DNA of 64,000 bases from IMG/VR virus record IMGVR_UViG_3300042309_000903. The stretch is one strand, 5' to 3'. This document shows, piece after piece, positions 55,154-64,000 of the stretch. The stretch is from an uncultured virus (IMG/VR IMGVR_UViG_3300042309_000903). Its lineage: Duplodnaviria; Heunggongvirae; Uroviricota; Caudoviricetes. The translations under genes were made by a program, and so were the position numbers. The stretch's first letter is position 1; each line of letters starts with the position of its first letter. Below the pieces are notes generated by a model. It did no database searches. It worked only from the letters and a program-made list of their open reading frames with translations, and was not told the origin of the DNA.

Positions 55154-56875
55154 TTACTTTTCATACTCTTCCGGCACTCTCCGTTGTGGAATTTTTGTAC
55201 CGTAAGCTTCTGTTACAAGGCGCTGTCTTATTCCTTGCTCACCCATTTGTGCAAACATTTGAGCTTCATCAAGGATAGGGCTAGCCGCTCCAGGATTTCC
55301 TGGCATAGGTTGACCTTCTGGACCCTGCATTGGTTGAGGCGGCGCTCCGTCTGGGCCTGGAAGCATTCCAGTTAACTGAGCAATTTCTTGTTGAATCTGA
55401 CCCTTAACAAGGTTAAGAGCACCGTCGGCCTTAGCGTCATCAATAAGCTCTTGACGAATTTCCATAAGTTTTTCATCAGGGAATTCTTCGCCTAGTGAAC
55501 GAAGTGCGCCTTCCTTAGACTCTAGGCCAAGAGAAAGCATTGTTTGAACTTCGTTAAGAGCGATTAGCTTGTCAAGGGGTAGCGGAGGCGGGAAGTGTAC
55601 GTATGAACGGAAGCTGATTGGGTCGTTCAAATCTAAAACTTCAACTTGCCCTTCTTTAAGGGGAGCAAAACGTGTGCCTGGGTTAGCCCGCATACTGTCA
55701 GGCTCTTTAACCGCAAGGCTGATAAGGATAAGCTCGTTGACGCGCTCTAGCCCGTGTGCGTATTGAATGATTTTTTGATGGTAACGATTCATCAAAGGCT
55801 GGAACATAATTGCTAGTGCTACACCTGAGGTATTAGATACAGGCATTGCTTGACCAAGCGCAGTCTCAGGAACACCAACCATTTCGTGCATTGACTTCTT
55901 CATCATTGCAAGGAAATCCATAGCGCCCTTAAGTCCCTGTGCTCCACCTTCAAGGTTTTCTACACGAGCATCTTTAGGTAATCCACCCCATACTTTATTA
56001 GCGCCTTTTTCTAACTGCGACGCTTTAGCACCGATAATAACCGTAACTGGCGCTGCGTGGTAGTTAACGATGTCGGCAATATCTGTAGCCGTTTCATTAT
56101 ACGTACGGTTAATTGGAATGATGTCGTTGCAATCAGATAAGCCCCAAGGGCTACCAGAAATACGAACATTAGGAATATGAATAATGGGAATGACGCCAAG
56201 CGGGTTAGGGCGAGAGTCAATGAGTTCATCGTTAATGTACTCCTCAATAGAGTCATCAGTTAAAATTTCTGTGTAGGTAAACACTTGACGTGTTCCTTCA
56301 AGCGATGTGCCCCAGAAACGATACTTAAGCTTAAAACGAATTAAACGTTCACGGTCGTGAGGGTGAAATTCTGGAAACGCAAATGATGAGTTAAGAGGCA
56401 AGATACGAACACGGCCTGGGTGAACTCGACCAGCTGGGTCTTGATAAGCCTCTTCGTAAGCAACTTTAATAAAACAATCGCCTGAGACTCCGCCTTGCTG
56501 TCCCATTTCCCAAAGTACTGTTGCTTTGTTGTTATCTACTTCCCAAACTCTTTCTAGCAAGTCGGGAACAATAGCTTCTGTCTGCTTAGGGCTACGGAAC
56601 TGAACGCCCTTACCAAATGTAAAGTTAAGAATAAAATCTGTAAACGCACGGTAGTAGTTAAGAACCATCTGTGATTCGCCTACTTGACGACGGTATGAAT
56701 AGTGATGGCCAAGATACATGGCCCAGTTAAGGGAATAACGGTTTAGTCGTGGACCGTGTACTTCAAACTCTTCGTCCGCTAGTTCTACAAGACCTAGTGG
56801 AGAAATAGAGATAGTTAAATCAGAAGACGCAGCTCTATACGATGGAGGTGAGAAATCTAGACCGCTACCACTCAC
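55154..56875 (-). CDS. Portal protein (SPP1 gp6-like)
   Basis: NPLG.IPIIH.PN, WG.SD, SGVAL; position. Confidence 0.88.
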   Translation of the reverse strand: MSGSGLDFSPPSYRAASSDLTISISPLGLVELADEEFEVHGPRLNRYSLNWAMYLGHHYSYRRQVGESQMVLNYYRAFTDFILNFTFGKGVQFRSPKQTEAIVPDLLERVWEVDNNKATVLWEMGQQGGVSGDCFIKVAYEEAYQDPAGRVHPGRVRILPLNSSFAFPEFHPHDRERLIRFKLKYRFWGTSLEGTRQVFTYTEILTDDSIEEYINDELIDSRPNPLGVIPIIHIPNVRISGSPWGLSDCNDIIPINRTYNETATDIADIVNYHAAPVTVIIGAKASQLEKGANKVWGGLPKDARVENLEGGAQGLKGAMDFLAMMKKSMHEMVGVPETALGQAMPVSNTSGVALAIMFQPLMNRYHQKIIQYAHGLERVNELILISLAVKEPDSMRANPGTRFAPLKEGQVEVLDLNDPISFRSYVHFPPPLPLDKLIALNEVQTMLSLGLESKEGALRSLGEEFPDEKLMEIRQELIDDAKADGALNLVKGQIQQEIAQLTGMLPGPDGAPPQPMQGPEGQPMPGNPGAASPILDEAQMFAQMGEQGIRQRLVTEAYGTKIPQRRVPEEYEK

Positions 56876-56909
56876 CGATAAATCCTTTCGTTAAACTCAC
56901 AACTAAATA

Positions 56910-56936
56910 CTAGCACTAATATCGACATGTCGCTTT
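56910..56936 (-). promoter_or_regulatory. Promoter/operator with CGACATGTCG palindrome upstream of the portal gene
   Basis: aaagCGACATGTCGatattagtgcTAGTAT; second copy at 59457-59486. Confidence 0.6.
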
Positions 56937-57246
56937 AACGCTTAAAAGATTCGCCCTTAATAACGCCATGACCAACAGGTTTTGTAACCTTCTTCTTTTG
57001 GTCTTTTTCTTCTTTGTCTCTTTTTTCTTGTACGTAATCTCGGTTACGTGGGTCAATATCTTTTTTAGAATCTACAAATTTTCCGCCCATTTGCACATAT
57101 TTAGTGTGCACCCAGTGAGCGGCTGCTGGTGAAGGATACTTAGGAAAACGTGACTTAGCCTGAACAGTAACTGTATTCCAGAGGCGTGGATTAGCAGGTA
57201 ACTGCTTTGGAGCATTAGTTACGGAACGACCAGAAATGAGTGCCAT
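56935..57246 (-). CDS. Hypothetical basic protein
   Basis: P.NP.LW......AK.RF..YPS..A..WV...Y...GG.F. Confidence 0.7.
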   Translation of the reverse strand: MALISGRSVTNAPKQLPANPRLWNTVTVQAKSRFPKYPSPAAAHWVHTKYVQMGGKFVDSKKDIDPRNRDYVQEKRDKEEKDQKKKVTKPVGHGVIKGESFKR

Positions 57247-57258
57247 AGTTAATCCTTA

Positions 57259-57299
57259 GAAAAGCCCCACCAGTCCCGTTGCCAGGACGGTGGGGAGCT
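57259..57299 (-). terminator. Probable terminator
   Basis: ccccacc.gtcc...ggacggtgggg stem followed by tttt on the minus strand. Confidence 0.55.
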
Positions 57300-57309
57300 A
57301 CTTCTTCTA

Positions 57310-57708
57310 TTAGTCCTGCACTACTGCAGGGTTAAGGCGCTGTTGGTGTGAGCCATTGCGGAATGTTTCTTCAATGACGTTTGAACCATAATCGCCAAAG
57401 CCAGCAGAAGCAAACTCTTGAAGAGTGTTTGGTGCTTCTACCCATGCTGCAGAACCTACGTGAGCACGCTCACGCATTGTTTCTTCAGCTGGCTTAGTGT
57501 GAACTGCTGCATTTCGGTTTGTACGGCCTGCTGCAGGGATATAGCCCTGTGCAGCTCCGTTTGAAAATTCTTGCGGAACATCTGTATCAGTTGCAATTCC
57601 CTCTTCAAAGCGAAGTGGTCCGCGCTGTCCTGGCACTGCGCCAGCCATCTTGCGGTCGTAAACTGAACCCGGACGTTCTGGGAAACTTGGTGCTGGTGAG
57701 ATTGTCAT
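57310..57708 (-). CDS. Hypothetical virion-associated protein
   Basis: GPLRFEEG.ATDTDVP; AAGGAG SD. Confidence 0.7.
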   Translation of the reverse strand: MTISPAPSFPERPGSVYDRKMAGAVPGQRGPLRFEEGIATDTDVPQEFSNGAAQGYIPAAGRTNRNAAVHTKPAEETMRERAHVGSAAWVEAPNTLQEFASAGFGDYGSNVIEETFRNGSHQQRLNPAVVQD

Positions 57709-57788
57709 AGTTATAACTCCTTGTAAAGGTTGAGGCCTCAGGTAAAAGTGTGCTACTTATTTAAGGTAAATACTGCCTAAAGTAATAA

Positions 57789-59363
57789 TTATCTATAAAA
57801 AGGTGAAGAAGATACTTCTACCGAAGGCATAGTTAAATCCATAGTTAAACAGACAGCGATGGCCAAGCTATCCGCGTAGTCGTCGTGGGCGTGAGCTTCA
57901 GCGGGGGCGTGGGCTAAGAAATTTGGGCCTTGAAACTTTGTCTCAAGGTCGGTCATTTGTTGGTAAAAACGCTTCCAAGTTCTAAGGCGTCTGGTCTTAG
58001 CGTGTGCAGGCCAACCAACCATCCGTCGGTCAATCAAAGCCTTAAGGTGCTTCCAGCGCTTTGACTGCTCTTGTTGGCTACTGCCAATTGAGTGAACTTC
58101 TGCCCCTGGAAGTAGAAGTTTAAGGCGCTGGGCTACTGCATCACCAACTCCGTTAGCATCTACACCTACCGCTAAAACATCGTAAGAGCCAAGAAAGTTT
58201 ACAATTTGAAAATATTGGTCTTCCCAATCGTCGCCTTGAATTTCTAACCAATTAAGTACTCGGTGGTCGTAATAGCCAAACTCATCTGGTCTATCCCAGT
58301 CAACCCAAACTACAGTGACGACAGTTGAGTCCATTTTACGTGCAGGGTCAATTCCAACTACAACTGGAGTACGGTGCCAAGCCTTGACAACCTCTTGAGA
58401 TGTATCTCCAAGCTCATCCATAATTGTGGACGTAACGAACATCCCGCGTTCTAGTAGCCACTTACAGTTGTACGACATTTGGAACTCATCAGAGTCCTCG
58501 CCAACACGAAGCATTTCTTTTTTGATGAACTTGCCGTAATTAAGGTTTACTTTTGATACGTCTTTATAATCCCATTGAAAGTGGTTCTGCCTAGATGCTC
58601 TACCTGTTTGTCTACGCTTGTTTAATTGAATAGAGCGATAAAAGTTATTCTTGTGGGTAGTCGGAGTGCCGGTCTTAACCATAGTCCCTGAGTAGTACGC
58701 AAGCATCGGAGAAATTGATTTAGATACTACGAAGTCATCTGCCTCTTGACACTCGTCAATAACAATAAGATGAAACGACTTAGATTCAATCTTTGCGCGA
58801 GGGTTAGCTGTCATCATCATTAGGCTACTGCCTGAGTTTTTAAGTTTAATTTGTCGTGTTACTCCTGGCACTTTACCGAGAGAGTCATCAATCTCTGGGT
58901 CACCTAAAATTTCTAATGCACGCTCAGAAGTTAGACGATTTACTGTGCGACCAAAGAGCGTTTCAACCTGCCCCTCTACTGGAGCAAACATTCCAATCCA
59001 GATGCCGTCTTTAAACTGACCAAGTAAATCTGGGTACATTTTTGCAAGTCTAGGCAACAACACCATTAACGTAGCTACTGTATTAGCAATTGTTTCTGAC
59101 TTACCAGACTGGCGTGCAGCAAGTGCAGTGATTTCTTCGCCGTCGTTAATGACCACAGACTCAATGATGCGACGAGCAAGGGGTAGTTGATACGCGTGTA
59201 ACTCGTGCCCAACTAGCGCGTTCATAAACTGAATTGTTTTGTCTACAATTTTACGAACAAATTCTTTAGAGAGCTCGTCTAGCTCTTCTTCCTCTTCTTC
59301 AATGAGTTCTTCTTCATCGTCTAAGAGTTCTTCGTCTTCTTCTAAAAATTCTAACTCGCTCAT
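57789..59363 (-). CDS. terL: Terminase large subunit
   Basis: ARQSGKSE, IVIDECQ, GTP, VGIDPA, VDANGVG, HDDYADS. Confidence 0.93.
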   Translation of the reverse strand: MSELEFLEEDEELLDDEEELIEEEEEELDELSKEFVRKIVDKTIQFMNALVGHELHAYQLPLARRIIESVVINDGEEITALAARQSGKSETIANTVATLMVLLPRLAKMYPDLLGQFKDGIWIGMFAPVEGQVETLFGRTVNRLTSERALEILGDPEIDDSLGKVPGVTRQIKLKNSGSSLMMMTANPRAKIESKSFHLIVIDECQEADDFVVSKSISPMLAYYSGTMVKTGTPTTHKNNFYRSIQLNKRRQTGRASRQNHFQWDYKDVSKVNLNYGKFIKKEMLRVGEDSDEFQMSYNCKWLLERGMFVTSTIMDELGDTSQEVVKAWHRTPVVVGIDPARKMDSTVVTVVWVDWDRPDEFGYYDHRVLNWLEIQGDDWEDQYFQIVNFLGSYDVLAVGVDANGVGDAVAQRLKLLLPGAEVHSIGSSQQEQSKRWKHLKALIDRRMVGWPAHAKTRRLRTWKRFYQQMTDLETKFQGPNFLAHAPAEAHAHDDYADSLAIAVCLTMDLTMPSVEVSSSPFYR

Positions 59364-59380
59364 ATGTTCCTTAGTCTAGT

Positions 59381-59455
59381 AAAAAACATGAAACCCTGGT
59401 AGGTATACCAGGGTTCACGCTGCCACACACGGGAGAGAAGGAAGAGAGGCAAGAT
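59381..59455 (-). ncRNA. Candidate small RNA or leader: CU-rich-loop hairpin plus intrinsic terminator
   Basis: After TACAAT: ttgcc-tctcttccttctctcccgtgtgt-ggcag, then aaccctggta-tacc-taccagggtt and tttttt. Confidence 0.45.
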
Positions 59456-59456
59456 A

Positions 59457-59486
59457 ATTGTAGCGCAAATGTCGACATGTCGTTTT
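59457..59486 (-). promoter_or_regulatory. Promoter/operator with CGACATGTCG palindrome
   Basis: aaaaCGACATGTCGacatttgcgcTACAAT. Confidence 0.6.
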
Positions 59487-59730
59487 ATCCGAGTTTTGCG
59501 GTAGTTCTGGTGTGCAACTCGTGCACAACAGCATGAAGGGCCTCTGCCCCGGTTAAAGCCTCTTCTAGAACTGCGACATCACGGGTCCTAGAGTAAACGC
59601 TCATACAGCGACCTATTTCGTACGTAGCCTGTTCAATCCACATTTCAAGTTCTGTTGTGTGGATTCTTCTTACGCGTTTTAAAACTTTTTCTGAGAAAGG
59701 CTTATCCCAAGGACTTTTCTTTTTAAACAC
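59485..59730 (-). CDS. Hypothetical protein
   Basis: Coupled ORF upstream of terL. Confidence 0.6.
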   Translation of the reverse strand: MFKKKSPWDKPFSEKVLKRVRRIHTTELEMWIEQATYEIGRCMSVYSRTRDVAVLEEALTGAEALHAVVHELHTRTTAKLG

Positions 59731-60010
59731 GCCAGTCACCAATTTCTTCCGTATTAAGTTCCATATCTCTGAGGCCTAACGCCTTAGCAATCATATCATC
59801 GGCATCTTCATCAAAAACAAAGCCTTCAGAACGCTTCCATAGCCCCAACACAAACCCAGGCTTAGTAAAGGGAAAACGAAATACTAGGCATATTTTGCTT
59901 TGTCTAAAAGGGTGCTCTGTCTCTTGAGTCCAGCCTTTTTCTACCACAGGTAACAAATTACGGTGGTAGTACTGAAGTACGTCTACGTATAGTGGTCCAA
60001 TTGATTTCAT
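59723..60010 (-). CDS. Hypothetical protein
   Basis: Likely start MKSIGP at 60010. Confidence 0.6.
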   Translation of the reverse strand: MKSIGPLYVDVLQYYHRNLLPVVEKGWTQETEHPFRQSKICLVFRFPFTKPGFVLGLWKRSEGFVFDEDADDMIAKALGLRDMELNTEEIGDWRV

Positions 60011-60011
60011 A

Positions 60012-60512
60012 TCAGTTTGCTGCGAAGCCTCCGCCATCTCCGTACATATAACTAGCAAATGTTTTAATGTCGTTAAGCTGAACTCTCTGGTCTCTTGGCA
60101 TTCCAGCTGGGTCAGCTAATCCCATTTTAGGCCATCTATTGAGGCCAGAACTTTCTAAGTATTGACCCTTTGACTCTGAAAGAACAAAACCATCCCACAG
60201 GTACTGTGGAACATCGTAGTAGTTCCACCAAGTGCCATCCCTAAAAACTACAGTTAAAGTTTGAGTATTTGCGTCGTATCCAGCTTTTAGTGTTCTTGGT
60301 TTTTTAGGGTTCGAGGTTGTTGTTGCCCTTAAGTTATACGCAGATATAACTTGATACTTTGAAGTTATTTCTGCTTTTTTTACTTTTGATGACGGGTTAA
60401 ATAGATACTCATCAAGGGTTGGAAGGTTAGAGGCTCCAGAAGGTTGACCTATTTGATATCCGCCAAGTAGCACGTCAATACTAGGTACTTGGGCTCTTTT
60501 TCTTGGGGTCAT
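60012..60512 (-). CDS. KTSC-domain protein
   Basis: GYD..TQTLTVVFRDG..WNYYDVP..LW..F....SKG.Y. Confidence 0.8.
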   Translation of the reverse strand: MTPRKRAQVPSIDVLLGGYQIGQPSGASNLPTLDEYLFNPSSKVKKAEITSKYQVISAYNLRATTTSNPKKPRTLKAGYDANTQTLTVVFRDGTWWNYYDVPQYLWDGFVLSESKGQYLESSGLNRWPKMGLADPAGMPRDQRVQLNDIKTFASYMYGDGGGFAAN

Positions 60513-60778
60513 TAATCTTCCTTACAGGTATGGTCGCCTGTCTTATGCTCTAGAACTCGCTCGTTACACTCTGAGCATGTTAGAACGCGGGCGCCCTTGA
60601 AGTTATTTTGAGCCGTTGACCCAATAGGAAAGTTACTTCCGTCTTCAGGTATCTCTGACTCATACTCAGTATTAATTTTAGACTCTCTAAATAACTCTTG
60701 TGGAAACGGTCCAGAAGGGCTTGTAACCCTAGAAGGTATTGGGTGAGCCTGGGCCGCTTTCACGCGGGTTACTTTCAT
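60512..60778 (-). CDS. Hypothetical protein with C-terminal C2HC zinc finger
   Basis: CSEC.........H.C. Confidence 0.6.
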   Translation of the reverse strand: MKVTRVKAAQAHPIPSRVTSPSGPFPQELFRESKINTEYESEIPEDGSNFPIGSTAQNNFKGARVLTCSECNERVLEHKTGDHTCKED

Positions 60779-61005
60779 TCTGTTGGTTCTTCAGTAACTT
60801 CTTCTACAACTGGGTCTTCAGTTTTTTTCTTAGAAGACTTCTTAGGTGTTGTCTCTTCTGCTGAAACAAAAGCTAATGGAAAGTGACCAGCAGTCGCACG
60901 TTCACGAAGGTGCTTTGGTAGGCACTGGGTGCAATAGTCGACAGGGTTTACCCCAGCATCGGCTACTGTATAGATTGCATGGTTGTCGCAGTTAACGCAT
61001 TTCAT
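60775..61005 (-). CDS. Small zinc-finger protein
   Basis: MKCVNC...YCTQCLP; GGAGG SD. Confidence 0.6.
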   Translation of the reverse strand: MKCVNCDNHAIYTVADAGVNPVDYCTQCLPKHLRERATAGHFPLAFVSAEETTPKKSSKKKTEDPVVEEVTEEPTE

Positions 61006-61077
61006 AGTAATTCCTCCTTCTTTAAGTGTACAACAAAAAAGGGAGCAGCACATAGCTGCTCCCTTAGTTGTAGGTAT

Positions 61078-61368
61078 TTATTTCTTTTTTGGAGCCTTTT
61101 TAGCCACAGAGGCTTCTACTGCAAGTTTCTTAGTAATTTCCGCAAGGCCAATTGCTGCTACTCGGCCAAACGCTGGGTCCTTCTTATTGATATAGCGAAG
61201 GGCTGTTGGGACCAAAGATGCCCACAGAGCGTTAGCTACTAGTAGCCACTCACCTGAACCGAAATCCAAAGGTGTTGCTGCTCCGCTTGTTTGCATGACA
61301 ATCATTACTGCGCCAATAACCTGACCAAGCAAGTTACGTGCGTAGGATTCAATCATTGCTTTATTCAT
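61078..61368 (-). CDS. Holin-like membrane protein
   Basis: ESYAR, two TM segments, LRY.N.KD.AFG, basic tail. Confidence 0.65.
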   Translation of the reverse strand: MNKAMIESYARNLLGQVIGAVMIVMQTSGAATPLDFGSGEWLLVANALWASLVPTALRYINKKDPAFGRVAAIGLAEITKKLAVEASVAKKAPKKK

Positions 61369-61613
61369 TTTTCTCCTTCTTCTACGTGCTGGTCGAAACG
61401 ACCCTCAAGTCTTGCTAATGATACACGAACCTCTGTCATGTCCGTAGCAATTCGATTAATCGCATCTTTTAGCGATGAGCCCCCATTAGGCTTAAGCTCT
61501 GACAGGTAGTGTTTAATTGTCCAACGGATACCTACAATTACCGCGGCGCCTACGCCTAATACAGTAGAAGATAAAGCCGCCCAGTCTTGTACGCTCAAGG
61601 TGTATCCGTTCAA
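61365..61613 (-). CDS. Membrane protein with ELKPNGGSSLKD motif (actinophage lysis-cassette type)
   Basis: TM helix, PNGGSS..D motif and coiled coil. Confidence 0.7.
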   Translation of the reverse strand: MNGYTLSVQDWAALSSTVLGVGAAVIVGIRWTIKHYLSELKPNGGSSLKDAINRIATDMTEVRVSLARLEGRFDQHVEEGEK

Positions 61614-61820
61614 TAGGTGTGACGTATATCATAGAACGGTAACAATAATAATACCGCTTTTAATTAAAATATTATTAAATATTTGTGCTTAAACTTGCAT
61701 TTAAATGTATTTATGAATAAAAATTATTGGTTCAACTTGACACAGCATGTAACTCTGGTGTTTCCTAGAACATGACAGGGCCACTCACAAGGTGGCCTTT
61801 GCCTACTGAGAGGAGCAGAA

Positions 61821-62363
61821 ATGCTTAATATCAGAAAAGATAAGCTAGACAAGATAGCGGTACTTGCAATTTACGGATTGCTGATTGGAGGGTTTCCCTA
61901 CGCGATTGCTAAAGCAAACGCTGAGGAGCCAGTCCAGCCGGTAGTTCAGCAAGTTCCTGTGGACCCGCTAGAGAAGTACAAAGGAGTAACAAAGTTGTCG
62001 GACACTGATTTAGTAGGACTGCTTAGCGCGGTTGGTTTTGAGGGAAAAGCTCTCAAGGTCGCCTATGCAGTAGCTAAAAAAGAGTCTAACGGCCGCCCCT
62101 TAGCCCACAATGGAAACCAAAATACAGGTGACAATTCTTACGGCATATTCCAAATCAACATGATTGCTGACCTTGGAGTGGCTCGTCGAGATAAGTTTAA
62201 CCTCAAATCAAACACTCAACTCTTCGACCCAGTTGTTAACGCAAAAATTGCGTTCTTTATGACTGGAGGAGGCGAAGACTGGTCCTCTTGGAAAATCGTT
62301 CCAGGCCAGAACAACGGAGAAAGATACCAGCAGTACCTAAAGGAGTTTGCTGGACTACACTAA
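61821..62363 (+). CDS. Secreted/anchored lysozyme-like lytic transglycosylase; the only confident plus-strand gene
   Basis: Signal-like N-terminus; AKKESNG...YGIFQIN...LFDPVVNA...WSSW; AGGAG SD. Confidence 0.88.
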   Translation: MLNIRKDKLDKIAVLAIYGLLIGGFPYAIAKANAEEPVQPVVQQVPVDPLEKYKGVTKLSDTDLVGLLSAVGFEGKALKVAYAVAKKESNGRPLAHNGNQNTGDNSYGIFQINMIADLGVARRDKFNLKSNTQLFDPVVNAKIAFFMTGGGEDWSSWKIVPGQNNGERYQQYLKEFAGLH

Positions 62364-62374
62364 CCATTTAAACT

Positions 62375-62407
62375 AAAAAGCCCCCAGCCAATGGCTGGGG
62401 GCTTTTT
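62375..62407. terminator. Bidirectional terminator between convergent genes
   Basis: aaaaagcccccagcc-aat-ggctgggggcttttt. Confidence 0.9.
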
Positions 62408-62417
62408 GCTTGGGTGC

Positions 62418-63479
62418 TTATGAAGCTGTTGCCCAAGGTGTGATTGTAATTGTTGCTGTTGTTGAGATTGATGAAGCGTTTGCAGCTGTTGACTGAGACT
62501 TGATTGTTCCAGCAACGCCCACGACTGTTCCAGCAGACAAGCCTGTGAGGGCAAGTACGGTTGAAGCAGAAGATACGAATGAAACTGTGTTAGTTGCATT
62601 AGCTGTAACTGTGTATGTTCCGTTAAGAGCCGCTCCATCACCGGTTAGTGATGCAACTGTAATCTTTGTACCCACTGGGAAGGCAGCGCCTGCTCCGGTT
62701 GCTGTAAGAGTTGCAGTTGTTGAACCAGCTGTGCGAGCTGCTGCAGTTACTGAAATAGCTGCGTTAGTTGCTGCTGTAGCTGTAGTGATGTTAGCTGTCT
62801 CGTAACCAGCATCCTTAAGAGCGTCAAGCGCAAGAGCTGTTGTCTTACCAAGTACTGAAGGTACTACGATGTAAGCAATTCCAGCGCCATCAGCTGCTGA
62901 AGCAGCAGTTGTTGATTCAACCTTGCCGTACCACTGACCTGTAATTTCCCCAGCGTTTGCTGAGTTTGTTACTGTAAATGAAAGCGCATTTGCTGAAGCA
63001 ACTGTTGCTGAGCTTAGGTTATACGCTGAAGCTGTTAGGCCTGTGATGTTTACGACATCTCCAGCCTGAAGATTGTTCTGCGCTGTGTATGTAACAGTTG
63101 TACCGTTACCTGTAGCAGCTGTAACCATGTACTTGCCAGCAGCTGGGTAGAACGATGGGTAATTAGCCCACTCTGCTTCTGCCACTGCGTGGTTTGAAAG
63201 TGCTGGGTCTAAGCGGTCTGCTGCAACACGTGTGGTTGCTCCCCAAGCGTAGTCTCCTGAGGAGTTAGCTGAGAAGTTTGCAGGAGTTACTGCTGCAGCA
63301 CGCTCATCGTTTGGCTGCATTGGAAAGTTGCCCCATACAAAATCAGGAGCTACGTTGCCTGCAGAATCAGTACGGTTACCATTGTTAGTGTCTACTCCGA
63401 CGTTGTTACCAACAGCAATGGCGTAAGCGCCCGTTGCTTGGTCTGAACCCACCGGTAGTGGTGAATTGTAACTTGACAT
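62418..63479 (-). CDS. Virion-associated protein with PASTA-like domain and two inserted beta modules
   Basis: DFVWGNFPMQPND; VPSVLG.....A...L..AG ... GTIKSQS..A. Confidence 0.65.
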   Translation of the reverse strand: MSSYNSPLPVGSDQATGAYAIAVGNNVGVDTNNGNRTDSAGNVAPDFVWGNFPMQPNDERAAAVTPANFSANSSGDYAWGATTRVAADRLDPALSNHAVAEAEWANYPSFYPAAGKYMVTAATGNGTTVTYTAQNNLQAGDVVNITGLTASAYNLSSATVASANALSFTVTNSANAGEITGQWYGKVESTTAASAADGAGIAYIVVPSVLGKTTALALDALKDAGYETANITTATAATNAAISVTAAARTAGSTTATLTATGAGAAFPVGTKITVASLTGDGAALNGTYTVTANATNTVSFVSSASTVLALTGLSAGTVVGVAGTIKSQSTAANASSISTTATITITPWATAS

Positions 63480-63569
63480 TATTTACCTTTTTTTCTCTAG
63501 AGTGGTATTAACGCCTGATATCAGAGGCGCAAAGGCTATTGTCTAATGGAAATACAGAGGTTGTCAGGC

Positions 63570-63749
63570 TTAATTCGAAGACTCTCCATTAGGGCCTTTA
63601 CCAGGACGACTGTAGGTTCCAATACTAGGTGTTTCGTTTTTAGTTAAATATATTTTGCGTATGCCAAATCTACTGTCTCTAATTGTGGCAGGTTTAAACT
63701 TTGCATCATTTTCAAATGTTTTTTTTCTCAAGGCGACCACCGATTCCAT
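63570..63749 (-). CDS. Small hypothetical protein (59 aa)
   Basis: Manual translation MESVVALRKKTFEND... Confidence 0.4.
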   Translation of the reverse strand: MESVVALRKKTFENDAKFKPATIRDSRFGIRKIYLTKNETPSIGTYSRPGKGPNGESSN

Positions 63750-64000
63750 TGAAGGGCCTCTGTGTCTTTACCTTTAATAGCGCCATCAGCTCTGGTAAGC
63801 GCGTCCCGAAAATCTCGGTCGCTAGGCTTGTCTAGTAAAGGTTTTTCTTTGTCAGTAGACTGGCTTAGGCGCGGCATCATAATTAGGTGCAGGTGAACCC
63901 GCTGGAGTTCCGCCCTTAACTGGGCCTTGGAATTGTCGACCTCTAGCTGTTTTATCTGGAGATGACGAAGCAGCTCTTGCGTAAGACCTTGTATAAGCAG

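Noticed and set aside
61630..61735. AT-rich stretch as a replication origin or riboswitch
   Set aside because: No iterons or known riboswitch consensus recognised; adequately explained as a divergent promoter region.
353..62805. Numerous short plus-strand and nested ORFs in the track (e.g. 5235..5660, 33259..33714, 48974..49387, 18482..18847)
   Set aside because: They overlap well-supported minus-strand genes, lack SD sites and have no recognisable motifs.
63728..64000. Gene at the right edge of the window
   Set aside because: Two minus-strand frames are open (stops at 63852 and 63728) and the start is outside the window, so the coding frame cannot be chosen.

Overview
About 64 kb of a lytic, contractile-tailed (myovirus-type) dsDNA phage. 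The host is very probably an actinobacterium (WhiB gene, actinophage-like gene order). The moderately low GC, judged by eye, would fit freshwater Nanopelagicales-type hosts, but this is inference. All confidently called genes except one lytic transglycosylase are on the minus strand. In transcription order (right to left): holin-like genes, terminase, portal, scaffold, major capsid protein, head-tail adaptor, fibre genes, an enzyme island, head closure, tail terminator, sheath, tube, chaperone, tape measure, baseplate, a second fibre cassette, then replication/recombination genes (initiator, DnaC-like loader, DnaB, primase, SNF2 helicase, SSB, PolA, RecA, resolvases, Cas4-like nuclease, WhiB). 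The standout is a ~9 kb island (38203-47415) inside the head-tail module. It begins with an FN3-like fibre protein ending in a 68-aa (P/PP)FF repeat and a Cys-rich tip. Two small accessory genes follow, then seven prolyl-4-hydroxylase-like 2OG-Fe(II) oxygenases, two DUF6065-like proteins, a divergent glutathione peroxidase and an SDR. This looks like a phage-encoded post-translational tailoring system with its substrate encoded alongside. The four-gene fibre cassette has a paralogue at the baseplate. Other signals: a probable +1 UUU_CGU frameshift in the tail chaperone, CU-rich anti-SD-like RNA hairpins including a candidate sRNA, a repeated palindromic promoter element, and a beta-rich module inserted seven times in structural proteins. 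No tRNA, CRISPR array, integrase or reverse transcriptase was recognised. All family calls come from motif recognition by eye, with no database searches.
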